From NCBI GenBank assembly GCA_963763495.1, contig CAVXOY010000001.1, forward strand, positions 8,424 to 72,423: 64,000 nucleotides of DNA, read 5' to 3'. A model generated the notes under the pieces. It saw only the letters and a list, made by a program, of their open reading frames with translations, searched no databases and was not told the origin of the DNA. A program made the position numbers and the translations under genes. Of this stretch, positions 9,611 through 19,766 are shown one piece after another; positions within the stretch are counted from its first letter, which is position 1; every line of letters begins with the position of its first letter. This DNA is from an uncultured Chloroflexia bacterium (GTDB lineage: Bacteria; Chloroflexota; Dehalococcoidia; DSTF01; JALHUB01).

Positions 9611-10706
9611 TGCCAGACAAGGCGTTCTTGGTACTCGAGGATGGGACGGTATACGAGGGCGAGCCCTTCGGGGCGCCGCTCCGGAGCTTCGGCGAGGTGG
9701 TCTTCTCGACCGCCATGACCGGCTATCAGGAGGCGCTCACCGACCCGTCGTTCGCGGGGCAGATACTCGTCCTCACCTACCCTATGGCCGGCAACTACGG
9801 CATCAACCAGTTCGACGTGGAGTCGCGGCGCATCCAGGTGCGGGGGATGGTGGTGCGCGAGCACTGCGAGATGCCCAGCCACTGGCAGAACGAGATGACG
9901 CTGCACGAGTACCTGGCGAGCAACGGCATCCCCGGCCTCTCCGGCGTCGACACGCGCGCTCTCACGCGACGGCTGCGCATCTCCGGCGTGATGATGGGGG
10001 TCATGACGAGCGACGAATCGCCGGAGAAGGCGCTGCGGCGGCTGCGGAAGCTGCCCAACTACAGCGACGTCGATTTCGTGGCCGGAGATCAGCACGAACG
10101 CCCAGTACGAGTGGAAGAACGGGGGAAAGTCACCCCAGCATCACATCGTCCTACTGGACTTGGGCGTGAAGTTCAACATCATGCGGCTCCTCAGCCGCCG
10201 CGACTGCCGGGTGACGGTCGTGCCCTGCCAGACGACGGCGGAGGACATCCTGTCGCTGAAGCCGGACGGGGTCGTCATGTCGCCGGGGCCGGGCGACCCG
10301 GCGCACCTGGGCTACGTCGCACGCGCCACCAAGGGCCTCCTGGGGAAGACACCGATACTGGGGATCTGCCTCGGCCACCAGGTGCTGGGGACGGTCTTCG
10401 GAGCGCGGACGTTCAAGCTGAAGTTCGGGCACCGCGGCGCCAATCACCCGGTGCGCGACCTGGCGACGGGACGCGCCTACATCACGGCCCAGAACCACGG
10501 CTACGCGGTCGACCCGGACACGCTGGGCAGCGGCGCCGAGGTCAGCCACGTCAATCTGAACGACGGGACAGTCGAAGGGGCTGCGGCACCGGGAGCTACC
10601 GGTATTATCGATTCAGTATCATTCCGAGGCATCGCCGGGGCCGCTCGACAACGTCTACTTCTTCGACCGCTTCGTGGAGATGGTCGCCGAGCATAAGGGG
10701 CAATAG
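9610..10706 (+). CDS. carA: Carbamoyl-phosphate synthase small (glutaminase) subunit, two apparent +1 frameshifts
   Basis: GTG 9610 overlaps the pyrC TAG. The N-terminal part lies inside chimeric ORF 9475..11166, the middle is ORF 10160..10696, and the tail is in frame 0. Restored joins are [19 protein letters not shown] (extra G at 10084-10085) and [48 protein letters not shown] (extra G in 10577-10580). Catalytic GICLGHQ is present. Confidence 0.9.
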
Positions 10707-10707
10707 T

Positions 10708-11166
10708 ATGGGCAAACCGAACGCCGGCTACCGGCGGGCGACGCTGGAGGACGCAGAGGCGATCGCCGGCGTCATCGAGGCCCTGCTAGAGGGGCCCGAT
10801 CCAGCCGGGTTTGCGCGAGCGTTCTCGGCGGCGGACATACGGACATGGCTTTCCCGTCAGGGCGAGGGAGGCGCCGTCTTCCTGTGCCTCGTCGACGGGG
10901 CTGTCGCCGGGTTCAGCGCCCTCGACTTCAACACCCAGGAGCCGGACACGGCGACGCTGGGCGTGTGGGTGCTGCCCGAGCATCGGGGGAAGAAGCTGGG
11001 CACCGCCCTAGCTGAATTGGCGCTCGACTTCGCGCGCGACCGCGGCTACCGGCGCTTGCGGGGGCGCCTGCTCCCAGACAGCCCGAAGGCGTTGAGCTTC
11101 TTGTCGAGCATTGGGGCGCTGGTGCCCATATACAATCCGGAGATGCGGTTCGAACTGCCGCTCTAG
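10708..11166 (+). CDS. GNAT-family N-acetyltransferase
   Basis: 152 aa starting at ATG 10708, 1 nt after the carA stop. Acetyl-CoA motif region VLPEHRGKKLGTAL. It forms the tail of ORF 9475..11166. Confidence 0.75.
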   Translation: MGKPNAGYRRATLEDAEAIAGVIEALLEGPDPAGFARAFSAADIRTWLSRQGEGGAVFLCLVDGAVAGFSALDFNTQEPDTATLGVWVLPEHRGKKLGTALAELALDFARDRGYRRLRGRLLPDSPKALSFLSSIGALVPIYNPEMRFELPL

Positions 11167-11180
11167 CTAACTCTCTGAAA

Positions 11181-11732
11181 ATGGATAACGAACAGCAATT
11201 GCAGGACGCTGACGAGCCGACAGTGGTGACCGTCGGGCCGCCCTGGATGCGGCGGCGACGGCGGAACATCGTGCGGCGCGTCGGCGGGCACATGGAGACG
11301 CGGCTGTCGTTCAGCCTCCTAGTCCTGTGCACGATGGGGCTGGCGGCAGCGGTGATATTGCTGGTCGCCGGCATCAGCGGCGGCATCGTCTACCTGCTCG
11401 ACAACGAGAAAGTACACGCGACAGCCTTCTTCCTCATCGCGCTGGGGCTCGCTGCCCTCTCCGCCGGCTTCGGTCTGGGTATGGGGTTTATCGCCGTGCC
11501 CTTTGCCGGCGACTGGTTCCTGGAGTGGCCGAGCCATGCCTTGGGCTGGAGCATCGGCATAGGGGGCTGCGGCCTGCTGACGCTGCTTCTGTTCGTGACG
11601 CCGCTGCCCGCCTATATCAGCGTGCTGCTGGCGCTGGCGGTCGTGTCGGGTGTGGCATACCTCGCCGCTTACGGGCTGCGGGCAACGTCGCCGATATCGA
11701 CGGACGCCCGCAGGCGAAAGAAGCGACGCTAG
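11181..11732 (+). CDS. Hypothetical membrane protein (4 predicted TM helices, basic termini)
   Basis: 183-aa ORF with hydrophobic segments and an RRRKKRR tail. No family recognised. Confidence 0.5.
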   Translation: MDNEQQLQDADEPTVVTVGPPWMRRRRRNIVRRVGGHMETRLSFSLLVLCTMGLAAAVILLVAGISGGIVYLLDNEKVHATAFFLIALGLAALSAGFGLGMGFIAVPFAGDWFLEWPSHALGWSIGIGGCGLLTLLLFVTPLPAYISVLLALAVVSGVAYLAAYGLRATSPISTDARRRKKRR

Positions 11733-11778
11733 ATTGAGCGAATTCGACTGGACAAGATTCTAGAGATAGAGAGCATCA

Positions 11779-14700
11779 GTGACGGATAAACCCAGCAAAG
11801 TACTCATTATCGGTTCCGGGCCGATCATCATCGGGCAGGCGGCGGAGTTCGACTACGCGGGCACGCAGGCCTGCAAGGCGATGCGGGAAGAGGGCGTGAC
11901 GTCGGTGCTGGTCAACTCGAACCCGGCGACGATCATGACGGACGAAGGGATTGCCGACGTCGTCTACATCGAGCCTCTGACCGTCGACGTCGTGGCGCGC
12001 ATTATCGAAAGGGAGCGGCCGGAGGGTCTTCTGCCAACGCTGGGTGGCCAGACGGGGCTGAACCTCGCCGTCGCCCTCGCCGAAGCGGGTGTGCTCGACA
12101 AGTACAACGTGCGACTGCTGGGCACGCCGCTGGAGACGATCCGCAAGGCGGAAGACCGGGAGCTCTTCCGGCAGTTGCTGAAGGATATCGGGGAGCCGGT
12201 GCCGGACAGCGCGACAGTCACCAGTCTGGGAGAGGCGCGTCTGGTAGCCGATATCTTCGGCCTGCCGCTGGTGGTACGCCCCGCCTACACACTCGGCGGC
12301 ACGGGCGGCGGCATCGCTTTCACAAAGGAGCAACTGGAGCAGATCGTCGGCGGCGGGCTGGCCGCCAGCCCCATCCACCAAGTGCTTCTGGAGTGCTGCC
12401 TGCTGGGATGGAAGGAGATCGAGTATGAGGTGATGCGGGACGGCGCCGACAACTGCATCACCGTCTGCAATATGGAGAACCTCGACCCGATGGGGGTGCA
12501 CACAGGCGACAGCATCGTCGTCGCTCCCAGCCAGACGCTGAACGACAAAGAGTACCAGATGCTGCGAACGGCGAGCCTGAAGATCATCCGCGCTCTGGGC
12601 ATCGAGGGCGGCTGCAACGTCCAGCTCGCGCTGGCGCCGCGACCGGAGATCGCCAAGTGGCAGCACAAGGATGCGTCGACGCCGCCCTACTACGTCATTG
12701 AGGTCAACCCTCGTGTGTCGCGCAGCTCCGCGCTGGCGAGTAAGGCGACGGGATATCCCATCGCGCGGGTGGCGGCGAAGATCGCGGTCGGGAAGCGGCT
12801 GGACGAGATCGGGAACCCGGTCACGGGGAAGACGACAGCCGCCTTCGAGCCGGCCCTGGACTATGTGGTGGTGAAGATACCGCGCTGGCCTTTCGATAAG
12901 TTCGCTTTCGGCGACCGCCAGTTGGGCACGCAGATGAAGGCGACGGGCGAGGTGATGGCTATCGACCGGACGTTTGAGGGCGCTCTCCAGAAGGCCGTGC
13001 GGTCGCTGGAGGTGGGCGACCGCTCGCTGCTCTGGGAGAATCCGCGCTGGCGGGAGGCGGCGGCAGATGCAGGGCGGGCTCCGAAGTCGAGGGCGAAGAA
13101 GGCCGACCCCAAAGCCCTCCTCTCAGCCTACCCACTGCACGCCAACGACGAGCGCCTGTGGGCCCTCATGGCGGTTCTCCGCCGGGGCGCCGACCCGATG
13201 GAGCTGGCGCTTCACACGGGGATCGACCCCTGGTTCCTCTATAAGATGGCGAACATCACGGCAATGGAGCAGCGTCTACTGTCCGAGCCCTTCACGCCGG
13301 ACCTGCTGAGAGAGGCGAAGCGGATGGGCTTCTCGGACGAGCAGATCGGCATCCTCGCCGACCGGCTAACCGAGCAGGTGCGGTTCCTGCGCAAGCAGTG
13401 GGGGATCCGCCCCGTCTACAAGATGGTGGACACTTGCGCCGCTGAGTTCGACGCGGCGACGCCCTATTTCTACAGCACCTACGAGCAGGAGAACGAAGCC
13501 TTGCCGGAGCCGGTGAAGAAGGCACTGGTGATCGGCTCGGGGCCCATCCGTATCGGGCAGGGAATCGAGTTCGACTATTGCAGCGTCCACGCGGTCTGGG
13601 CTCTGGAGAAGGCCGGCTATAAGGCGTTCATCGCCAACTCCAACCCGGAGACGGTTTCGACCGACTTCGACACCAGCGACCGACTGTACTTCGAGCCGCT
13701 GGACGAGGAAGGAGTGCGCGACATCCTGGAGAATGAGGGAGGCGATAACTCGCCGCCGCCGTCGATAGTCCAGTTCGGCGGGCAGACGGCGATCAACCTC
13801 GCGAACCCGCTCCATCAGGCGACGATGCCCATCCTGGGCTCCAGCGCCGAGGCGATAGACCTGGCGGAGGACCGCCGACGCTTTGAGGCGTTCTTGAGCG
13901 AGTTAGGTGTCCCGCAGCCGCCGGGCGCCGGCATAACCTCGCTGGAGGACGCGCTCAATACAGCCGAGGTCATCGGCTATCCGGTGCTGGTGCGCCCCAG
14001 CTACGTCCTGGGCGGGCGGGCGATGGAGATCGTGCAGAACGCGACGGAGCTGGTGCGCTTCATGGGCGCCGCCGCGGAGCTGTCGGGGGGCAAGCCGATC
14101 CTCATCGACAAGTACATGGAAGGCAAGGAGGTGGAGGTTGATGCGATCGCGGACGGCGATCAGGTGCTCATACCAGGGATCATGGAGCACATCGAGCGGG
14201 CGGGTGTCCACTCCGGCGACTCGATGGCGGTCTACCCCGGCATCAACCTGACGGAGGAAGAGGTCGCGACAATCGTCGACTACACGCAGCGGATCGGGCT
14301 CGGCCTGGGCGTGCGCGGGCTGATGAACATCCAGTTCGTCATCATGCCCAACGGACCGGAGGGCGGCTCGAACGTCTACGTGCTCGAGGTGAACCCACGC
14401 GCCAGCCGAACGGTGCCCTTCCTATCGAAGGTGACAAGCGTCCCCATGGTGCAACTGGCGGTGAACGTCATGCTGGGGGAATCGCTCGCCGAGCAGGGAT
14501 ACTCGGGAGGGCTCTGGCCGCGGCAGAACCTGGTAGCGATCAAGGCGCCGGTCTTCTCGATGGCCAAGCTGATAGGGGTCGATACCCACCTGGGTCCGGA
14601 GATGAAGTCGACGGGCGAGGTCATGGGGGTCGACCACACGTTCCCGGCGGCGCTGGCGAAGGCCCTGATGTCCGCCGAGTTGATGCTTCCTCCCGAAGGC

Positions 14701-15129
14701 GGCGTCCTCCTAAGCATCGCCGACAAGAACAAGCCGGAGGCAGTTCCCATCATCCGCCAGCTCGCGGAGGCGCAGTTCCGGCTATACGCGACGGAAGGCA
14801 CGGCCGACATGATTCGGGGACTGGGAATGCCGGTGGAGCAGGTCACAAAGCTGCTAACGGAAGGCCATCCCAACGTGGTGGAGGTTATCCAGGAAGGGCT
14901 CGTGAACTGCGTGGTGAATACCCCGGAAGGGGGCGGCCCAACAGCGATGCGGGACGGCTTCCAGATCCGGCGGGCCGCCGCTGAGAGACACATCCCCTGC
15001 TTCACGTCGCTGGACACGGCACGGGCGACGGTCGAGGCATTGCTGCGCGGCAGTCAGACCTATAACGTGCAGCCGCTCCGTCAGTACCTGCGCAGTCCTG
15101 AGGTCAGAGAGGATGTTCCCGTAGGATGA
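11779..15129 (+). CDS. carB: Carbamoyl-phosphate synthase large subunit
   Basis: 1116 aa with duplicated ATP-grasp halves and an MGS-like C-terminal domain. GTG start. Confidence 0.95.
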   Translation: MTDKPSKVLIIGSGPIIIGQAAEFDYAGTQACKAMREEGVTSVLVNSNPATIMTDEGIADVVYIEPLTVDVVARIIERERPEGLLPTLGGQTGLNLAVALAEAGVLDKYNVRLLGTPLETIRKAEDRELFRQLLKDIGEPVPDSATVTSLGEARLVADIFGLPLVVRPAYTLGGTGGGIAFTKEQLEQIVGGGLAASPIHQVLLECCLLGWKEIEYEVMRDGADNCITVCNMENLDPMGVHTGDSIVVAPSQTLNDKEYQMLRTASLKIIRALGIEGGCNVQLALAPRPEIAKWQHKDASTPPYYVIEVNPRVSRSSALASKATGYPIARVAAKIAVGKRLDEIGNPVTGKTTAAFEPALDYVVVKIPRWPFDKFAFGDRQLGTQMKATGEVMAIDRTFEGALQKAVRSLEVGDRSLLWENPRWREAAADAGRAPKSRAKKADPKALLSAYPLHANDERLWALMAVLRRGADPMELALHTGIDPWFLYKMANITAMEQRLLSEPFTPDLLREAKRMGFSDEQIGILADRLTEQVRFLRKQWGIRPVYKMVDTCAAEFDAATPYFYSTYEQENEALPEPVKKALVIGSGPIRIGQGIEFDYCSVHAVWALEKAGYKAFIANSNPETVSTDFDTSDRLYFEPLDEEGVRDILENEGGDNSPPPSIVQFGGQTAINLANPLHQATMPILGSSAEAIDLAEDRRRFEAFLSELGVPQPPGAGITSLEDALNTAEVIGYPVLVRPSYVLGGRAMEIVQNATELVRFMGAAAELSGGKPILIDKYMEGKEVEVDAIADGDQVLIPGIMEHIERAGVHSGDSMAVYPGINLTEEEVATIVDYTQRIGLGLGVRGLMNIQFVIMPNGPEGGSNVYVLEVNPRASRTVPFLSKVTSVPMVQLAVNVMLGESLAEQGYSGGLWPRQNLVAIKAPVFSMAKLIGVDTHLGPEMKSTGEVMGVDHTFPAALAKALMSAELMLPPEGGVLLSIADKNKPEAVPIIRQLAEAQFRLYATEGTADMIRGLGMPVEQVTKLLTEGHPNVVEVIQEGLVNCVVNTPEGGGPTAMRDGFQIRRAAAERHIPCFTSLDTARATVEALLRGSQTYNVQPLRQYLRSPEVREDVPVG

Positions 15130-15897
15130 GGGTGACCAACACCCGCATAGTCAGCACGGAGCATCTCTTCGGGCAAACGTATCTCACCTGGCTCGCGGCG
15201 CCATCGCTGACTCAAGGCGCTTCACCGGGACAGTTCCTGATGCTCCGCTACGGCGCCGACAGCGACCCCCTGCTACCACGACCGATGAGCTATCACCGCA
15301 TCCGCCAAGGGAAAGACGGCGGTGAGGTCGCGATCCTCTACCAGGTGCGCGGGCGGGTCACCGGCCTGCTGGCGCAGGAGAAGCCGGGCGAGGAGCTGCT
15401 GGCCTGGGGGCCCCTGGGCCACGGGTTCGCCGTGCGGCCACGCTCGCAGAACTTGCTGCTGGTCGCCGGCGGCATGGGGATCGCGCCGCTGGTATGGCTG
15501 GCCGAGGAGTCGGTGGCAAAGGGCAAGAACGTTACCCTTGTCCTCGGCGTGCGGACGGCAGAGCAAACTGTGCCGGTGCGCATACTGCCGCCTGAGGTCG
15601 AGGTCATCATCGCGACGGAGGACGGCTCGGCGGGACGGAAAGGGCTGGCATCGCAAAGCTTTGAGGAGCTATTGCCCTGGGCCGATCAGGTGTTTTCCTG
15701 CGGGCCTCAGCCGATGTACGAGGCGATGGCCGAGGTGGTCGCGACGGCGGCAGAGCCGAACGCCGGTGCAGGTGCTGCTGGAGACGCCTATGGCCTGTGG
15801 AACGGGCCTGTGCTACGGTTGCAGCGTCGAGACGCGGCAGGGGGTGCGTCAGGTGTGCAAGGACGGCCCCTGCTTCGAGTTACGGGACGTGTTCTAG
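15126..15897 (+). CDS. pyrK: Dihydroorotate dehydrogenase electron-transfer subunit PyrK, apparent +1 frameshift
   Basis: The FAD/NAD-binding part is in ORF 15126..16001. The C-terminal 2Fe-2S motif [37 protein letters not shown] is in ORF 15322..15897. The join is near 15761-15767. Confidence 0.85.
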
Positions 15898-15909
15898 GGG
15901 AGGTCTGTC

Positions 15910-16074
15910 ATGGAGTCGAAATGTGCGACGTGCAAGTGGCGGGAGAAGTCGGAGAAGAACCCGAAGTCGTTCATGGCGCGGCTCTGGCGCTTTCACACTA
16001 AGTTCTGCCCGGGCTGGAAGGCGTACCAGAAGGAACTGGCCCAGCAGCAACCACAACCGCCGCAACAGACTTAG
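15910..16074 (+). CDS. Small Cys-rich protein (54 aa), absent from the ORF track
   Basis: MESKCATCKWREKSEKNPKSFMARLWRFHTKFCPGWKAYQKELAQQQPQPPQQT*. GGGAGG (15898-15903) lies 6 nt upstream of the ATG, and the ORF starts 12 nt after the pyrK stop. It carries a CxxC...H...C pattern. Confidence 0.55.
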   Translation: MESKCATCKWREKSEKNPKSFMARLWRFHTKFCPGWKAYQKELAQQQPQPPQQT

Positions 16075-16159
16075 CTCCGGCTGTCGGCAAGACACTCTAG
16101 CCAGGCCACTCATGGATAAAGGGGTTCCGGATTGAACCCTCTTGAAAAACAGCGTAGCT

Positions 16160-16174
16160 GGGCGGGCGGGCGGG
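16160..16174 (+). other. Canonical G-quadruplex motif GGGCGGGCGGGCGGG
   Basis: Four G3 tracts with 1-nt loops, 36-48 nt upstream of the candidate ATG starts of the MTase. Confidence 0.6.
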
Positions 16175-16222
16175 AACCGCCAGCGGTTTCTAGCGAGACC
16201 ACGCTATCCGATGCTTAGAGCG

Positions 16223-17077
16223 ATGACGAACCTTGAACCGAACACGATCGTCGAGGGGGATTGCCTCGACGTCATGGCGCAGTGGCCGGACGGTTGCGTC
16301 GATCACTGCATTGCGGACCCGCCGTTCGGGATCGCATCGGGCAGCGGACGGCGGAGCAAGAAGGGTCTGGGCTGGGCCTTCTCATCGCACGTCACGATGG
16401 AGGAGGTCTGGGACAGGTTCTCCAAGGACGAGTTCTTCCAGTTCAACGTCCGCTGGCTGTCGGAGGTCTGCCGGGTAGTCAAACCGAACGGCAACATCCT
16501 CGTCTTCGGGACGTTCCACAACATCTACCAGCTCGGGTTCATACTGCAGCACGTCCTCAACCGGCGCGTCCTCAACTCCATCGTCTGGTTCAAGCCGAAC
16601 GCCCAGCCCAACATCACCGCTCGCACGCTCACGGAGAGCACCGAGCAGATCATCTGGGCGGTGAACAACACGCCGGATGAGGCACGGAAGTGGACGTTCA
16701 ACTATTGGGAGGCGAAGGAACTCGCGGGCGGCAAGCAGATGCGCAACCTGTGGGAGATCCCCGTTACTCCCAAGAACGAGCGCGGGAACGGGCATCATCC
16801 CTCCCAGAAGCCGCTGGCGCTGGTGGAACGGCTGGTGCAGGTCGCGACGCAGCCAGATGAGCTGATCCTCGACCCGTTCGCGGGCACGGGGACGCTGGCG
16901 CTGGCCGCGCAGAGACAGGGACGGCGCTGGGTCACTCATCGAGAGCGTGGGGGAGTACGTGGAGACGGCGCGGCGACGCCTGGCGGCAGCGGAGAACACG
17001 CTAGCCGCCCGCCCCTCGGAGAACCGCAGGACGCTACAGAGCGCAGCCACTTTCTCGGCCAACCCCCTGAAGACTAA
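16223..17077 (+). CDS. Orphan beta-class DNA methyltransferase (N6-adenine/N4-cytosine type), apparent frameshift, 3' end unresolved
   Basis: Motif IV IADPPFG precedes motif I DPFAGTGT, the beta permutation. The start is ATG 16223 or 16211. After ...GRRW the conserved tail LIESVGEYVETARRRL continues in frame 0 (ORF 16947..17213), implying an extra G in the ggg run at 16929-16931. The stop is at 17077 (old frame) or 17213 (new frame). Confidence 0.75.
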   Translation: MTNLEPNTIVEGDCLDVMAQWPDGCVDHCIADPPFGIASGSGRRSKKGLGWAFSSHVTMEEVWDRFSKDEFFQFNVRWLSEVCRVVKPNGNILVFGTFHNIYQLGFILQHVLNRRVLNSIVWFKPNAQPNITARTLTESTEQIIWAVNNTPDEARKWTFNYWEAKELAGGKQMRNLWEIPVTPKNERGNGHHPSQKPLALVERLVQVATQPDELILDPFAGTGTLALAAQRQGRRWVTHRERGGVRGDGAATPGGSGEHASRPPLGEPQDATERSHFLGQPPED

Positions 17078-18067
17078 GGCAGCAGGCGAGTCGGGCGCCG
17101 ATTCGGTGATGGGGACACCCTCGTCGGCGGCAGCGCGGGTGGAAACGTCGAGCGGTATCTCACCGAGGAAGTCCAGCCCCATTTCCTCTGCCGCGGCTGC
17201 TCCGCCGCCGTGACCGAAGACGTCGGTGCGCTCGTTGCAGTGGGGGCAAACGAAGTAGCTCATGTTCTCCACGATGCCGAAGACCGGCACCTCTAGTCGC
17301 TGGAACAAGGTAACCGCCTTCATGGCGTCCTCCAGCGACACTTCCTGCGGCGTGGTGACGATGAGGACGCCGGCCAAGGGCGCCGACTGGGCCACGGAAA
17401 GGGAGGCGTCGCTGGTGCCGGGAGGCAGGTCGATGAGAAGGTAGTCCAGCTCGCCCCAGGGGAACTGATGCAGTAGCTCGCGCAGGGCCTTGTCGATAAG
17501 AGGGCCGCGCCAGACGATGGCGGAGTTCTTGGGCAGGACGAAGCCGAGGGAGCATATCTTCACCCCGTAGCGCTCGACGGCGACAAGCCCCTGCTCCGAC
17601 TCGGCCATGAAGCCGGAGGCGATGCCCATCATCGGCGGGACGTTGGGGCCGGTGACGTCGGCGTCGAGGAGGCCGACGCGGGCGCCTGCCTTGGCGAGAG
17701 CGACGGCCAGATTCACAGCAACAGTGGTCTTGCCGACGCCGCCCTTGTTGCTGGCGACGGCGATGATGTTCTTCACGCCTTCGACCGGCTGAGGGCCACG
17801 CAGCGCGCCGCCGCCCCTCACCTCGGCGTCCATCTGCACGGATACGCACTCAACGCCGGGCACGGCCATCACAGCCTGCTTGACGTCGGCCTCGATGCGG
17901 TCGCGGAGAGGACAAGCGGGGGTGGTGAGCACGACTTTCAGGGAGACGTTCCCACCGTCTATCTGAACATCGCGAACCATGTTGAGCGAAACAAGGTCGC
18001 GGTTGAGCTCCGGGTCTTTGACGAGGCTTAGCGCCTTGTAGATATCCTCTTCAGATAGCTTCGACAT
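17034..18067 (-). CDS. mrp: Mrp/ApbC Fe-S cluster carrier ATPase (3' end uncertain)
   Basis: DUF59-like N-terminus, deviant Walker A SNKGGVGKTT, and a CPHC motif. Only the first ~345 codons of ORF 16382..18067 are Mrp-like. The frame has no stop at the expected end. A TAG at 17034-17036 sits one frame over, so another indel is suspected. Confidence 0.8.
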
Positions 18068-18167
18068 CGGCCGACTCTTTCTTTGGGGAACCCTTACGGA
18101 CAGAATGCACAGCTTCCTCCAAATCCTACATCATCCCGCTATTATGTCCCAGGTTTGGATACGAATA

Positions 18168-18182
18168 TTAACATATTGTTAA
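18168..18182. promoter_or_regulatory. Perfect palindrome TTAACA-tat-TGTTAA in the AT-rich divergent spacer
   Basis: Seen directly. It lies between the mrp start (18067) and the promoter of the 18297 ORF. Confidence 0.35.
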
Positions 18183-18209
18183 ATTAAGAGCGTTTTTTAT
18201 GCAAAAACC

Positions 18210-18238
18210 TTGACAACCTTGAGGGGGGATGCTATTTT
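18210..18238 (+). promoter_or_regulatory. Candidate promoter of the zinc-ribbon ORF
   Basis: TTGACA (18210-18215), 17-nt spacer, TATTTT (18233-18238). Confidence 0.45.
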
Positions 18239-18296
18239 ACAGGGTGACCCGGTACAGAGAGAGTAATCCGGGGCCTGCCTGAAGGAGGTGTAGGAG

Positions 18297-18629
18297 ATGA
18301 GGAGAGGAACTCTAACCCATGAGAGGGTGACCGTACCTACGGAGACGCAATCACCCGAGACGAGCACGGAGACCACGTGCGTTCACCACTGGATCATTGA
18401 TTCCCCTGCCGGGGCCAGCAGCACAGGCGTCTGCAAGATATGCGGCGAACGGCGGGAGTTTCAGAACTACGTGGGTGACTTCATCTGGGAGGGCGGCGGC
18501 ACCGCCAAGTACGAGCCCGCGGGCTGGAAAAGCTCGGTGACGGAGATGATACGGCCGGACAGCGCAGAAGGTGATGACTCATCCTTCTCTTCCCCAGATC
18601 GAGCCGTGGGAGAAACGCTCGCAATGTAG
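18297..18629 (+). CDS. Hypothetical zinc-ribbon protein
   Basis: 110 aa with AGGAGG upstream of the ATG. Motif CVHHWIIDSPAGASSTGVCKICGERREF (C-H...CxxC). No assigned family. Confidence 0.55.
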   Translation: MRRGTLTHERVTVPTETQSPETSTETTCVHHWIIDSPAGASSTGVCKICGERREFQNYVGDFIWEGGGTAKYEPAGWKSSVTEMIRPDSAEGDDSSFSSPDRAVGETLAM

Positions 18630-18664
18630 AGAGCAGGTCGCTCACAACCAGCGTCGATTACGAG

Positions 18665-18697
18665 AGGGCGGTTCTTCGGGGCCGCCCTTCGTTGTGC
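18665..18697 (+). terminator. Candidate intrinsic terminator
   Basis: Stem AGGGCGG (18665-71) / CCGCCCT (18682-88) with a 10-nt loop, followed by TTCGTTGTG. Confidence 0.4.
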
Positions 18698-18787
18698 CTT
18701 CGGCCATCCGCTCGACAGGCCTCCGGCAAGGCCATATAATGGGCTGGCTCCACTCTTGGCGCCAACTACAAACGTAGGAGAACTCGC

Positions 18788-19720
18788 TTGAACCTGGCGG
18801 TGGAACTCGCCCCTCGACGCAAACAGGGCCTACCCCTGCGCAACCCGGTGATGACCGCGTCCGGCACCTTCAGCAACGGGCTTGAGGCGGCGAAGGTATT
18901 CGACATCCAACGGCTGGGGGCAATCGTCAGCAAGGGCACGACGCTAAGGCCGCGCGCCGGCAACCCCCAGACACGCATCGCGGAGACGCCATCGGGGATG
19001 CTGAACACGATCGGCCTCCAGAACGTCGGCGTGGAGGCGCTGGTCCGCGACGTGGCGCCGATATGGGCGACGTGGCAAACACCCGTGATCGTCAACATCG
19101 CCGGCGACACGGTGGAGGAGTTCGGCGAGCTGGCGGCGCGTTTGGACGGGGTGCCCGGTGTGAGCGGGCTGGAGCTGAACATTAGCTGTCCCAACGTGGC
19201 AGTCGGGGGGATGCTGTTCGGGCAGGACCCGCGAGCAGGCGGCCGCCGTGACGAAGACGGTTCTCCGCAAGACCACGCTGCCGGTCATCGTCAAGCTCAC
19301 GCCCAACGTGACGGACATCGTCGCTGTCGCGCGGGCGGTCGTCGACGCCGGCGCCGACGCGCTCTGCCTGATCAACACCGTGCAGGGGATGGCGATCGAC
19401 GTGCGGACGCGGCGGCCGGTCCTGTCGACGGTGTTCGGCGGGCTGTCCGGCCCAGCGATCAAGCCGATCGCGCTGCGGATGGTCTACCAGGTGGCAGGCG
19501 CGGTGGACGTGCCGGTCGTCGGCTGCGGCGGCATACGGACGGGCGAGGACGCGATCGAGTTCATCATGGCGGGAGCGACGGCGGTAGAGGTGGGGACAGC
19601 GACGTTCGCCGACCCGCTGGCGCCGCTGCACGTGCTGGAAGGCATCGAGCGCTTCCTGGAGCAGCGGGAGTGAAGGATATCAGCGAGCTGGTGGGGCCGC
19701 CCGCGTCCAAGGGTGATTAG
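18788..19720 (+). CDS. pyrD: Dihydroorotate dehydrogenase catalytic subunit (class 1B), two apparent frameshifts
   Basis: ORF 18788..19720 (frame 2) is garbled in the middle, and ORF 19248..19673 carries the true central part. The first join, GQDPRA|[20 protein letters not shown], implies an extra G at ~19238. The second, FLEQR|[10 protein letters not shown], implies one G missing from the ggg run at 19666-19668. TTG start. Confidence 0.88.
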   Translation: MNLAVELAPRRKQGLPLRNPVMTASGTFSNGLEAAKVFDIQRLGAIVSKGTTLRPRAGNPQTRIAETPSGMLNTIGLQNVGVEALVRDVAPIWATWQTPVIVNIAGDTVEEFGELAARLDGVPGVSGLELNISCPNVAVGGMLFGQDPRAGGRRDEDGSPQDHAAGHRQAHAQRDGHRRCRAGGRRRRRRRALPDQHRAGDGDRRADAAAGPVDGVRRAVRPSDQADRAADGLPGGRRGGRAGRRLRRHTDGRGRDRVHHGGSDGGRGGDSDVRRPAGAAARAGRHRALPGAAGVKDISELVGPPASKGD

Positions 19721-19766
19721 ACCGCCTTCGGTGAGCCGAATATAATAGATGCGATCTCTCCCCAGT

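Noticed and set aside
9475-11166. A 563-aa ORF that looks like one large protein.
   Set aside because: It is a chimera. It runs from the out-of-frame 3' end of pyrC, through the N-terminal third of carA, then about 600 nt of out-of-frame carA (Arg/Gly/Pro-rich nonsense), and ends in the genuine GNAT gene (10708..11166).
16382-18067. A 561-aa minus-strand ORF.
   Set aside because: Only the first ~345 codons are Mrp/ApbC. The remainder is antisense read-through of the MTase gene and has an Arg/Pro/Leu-rich composition.
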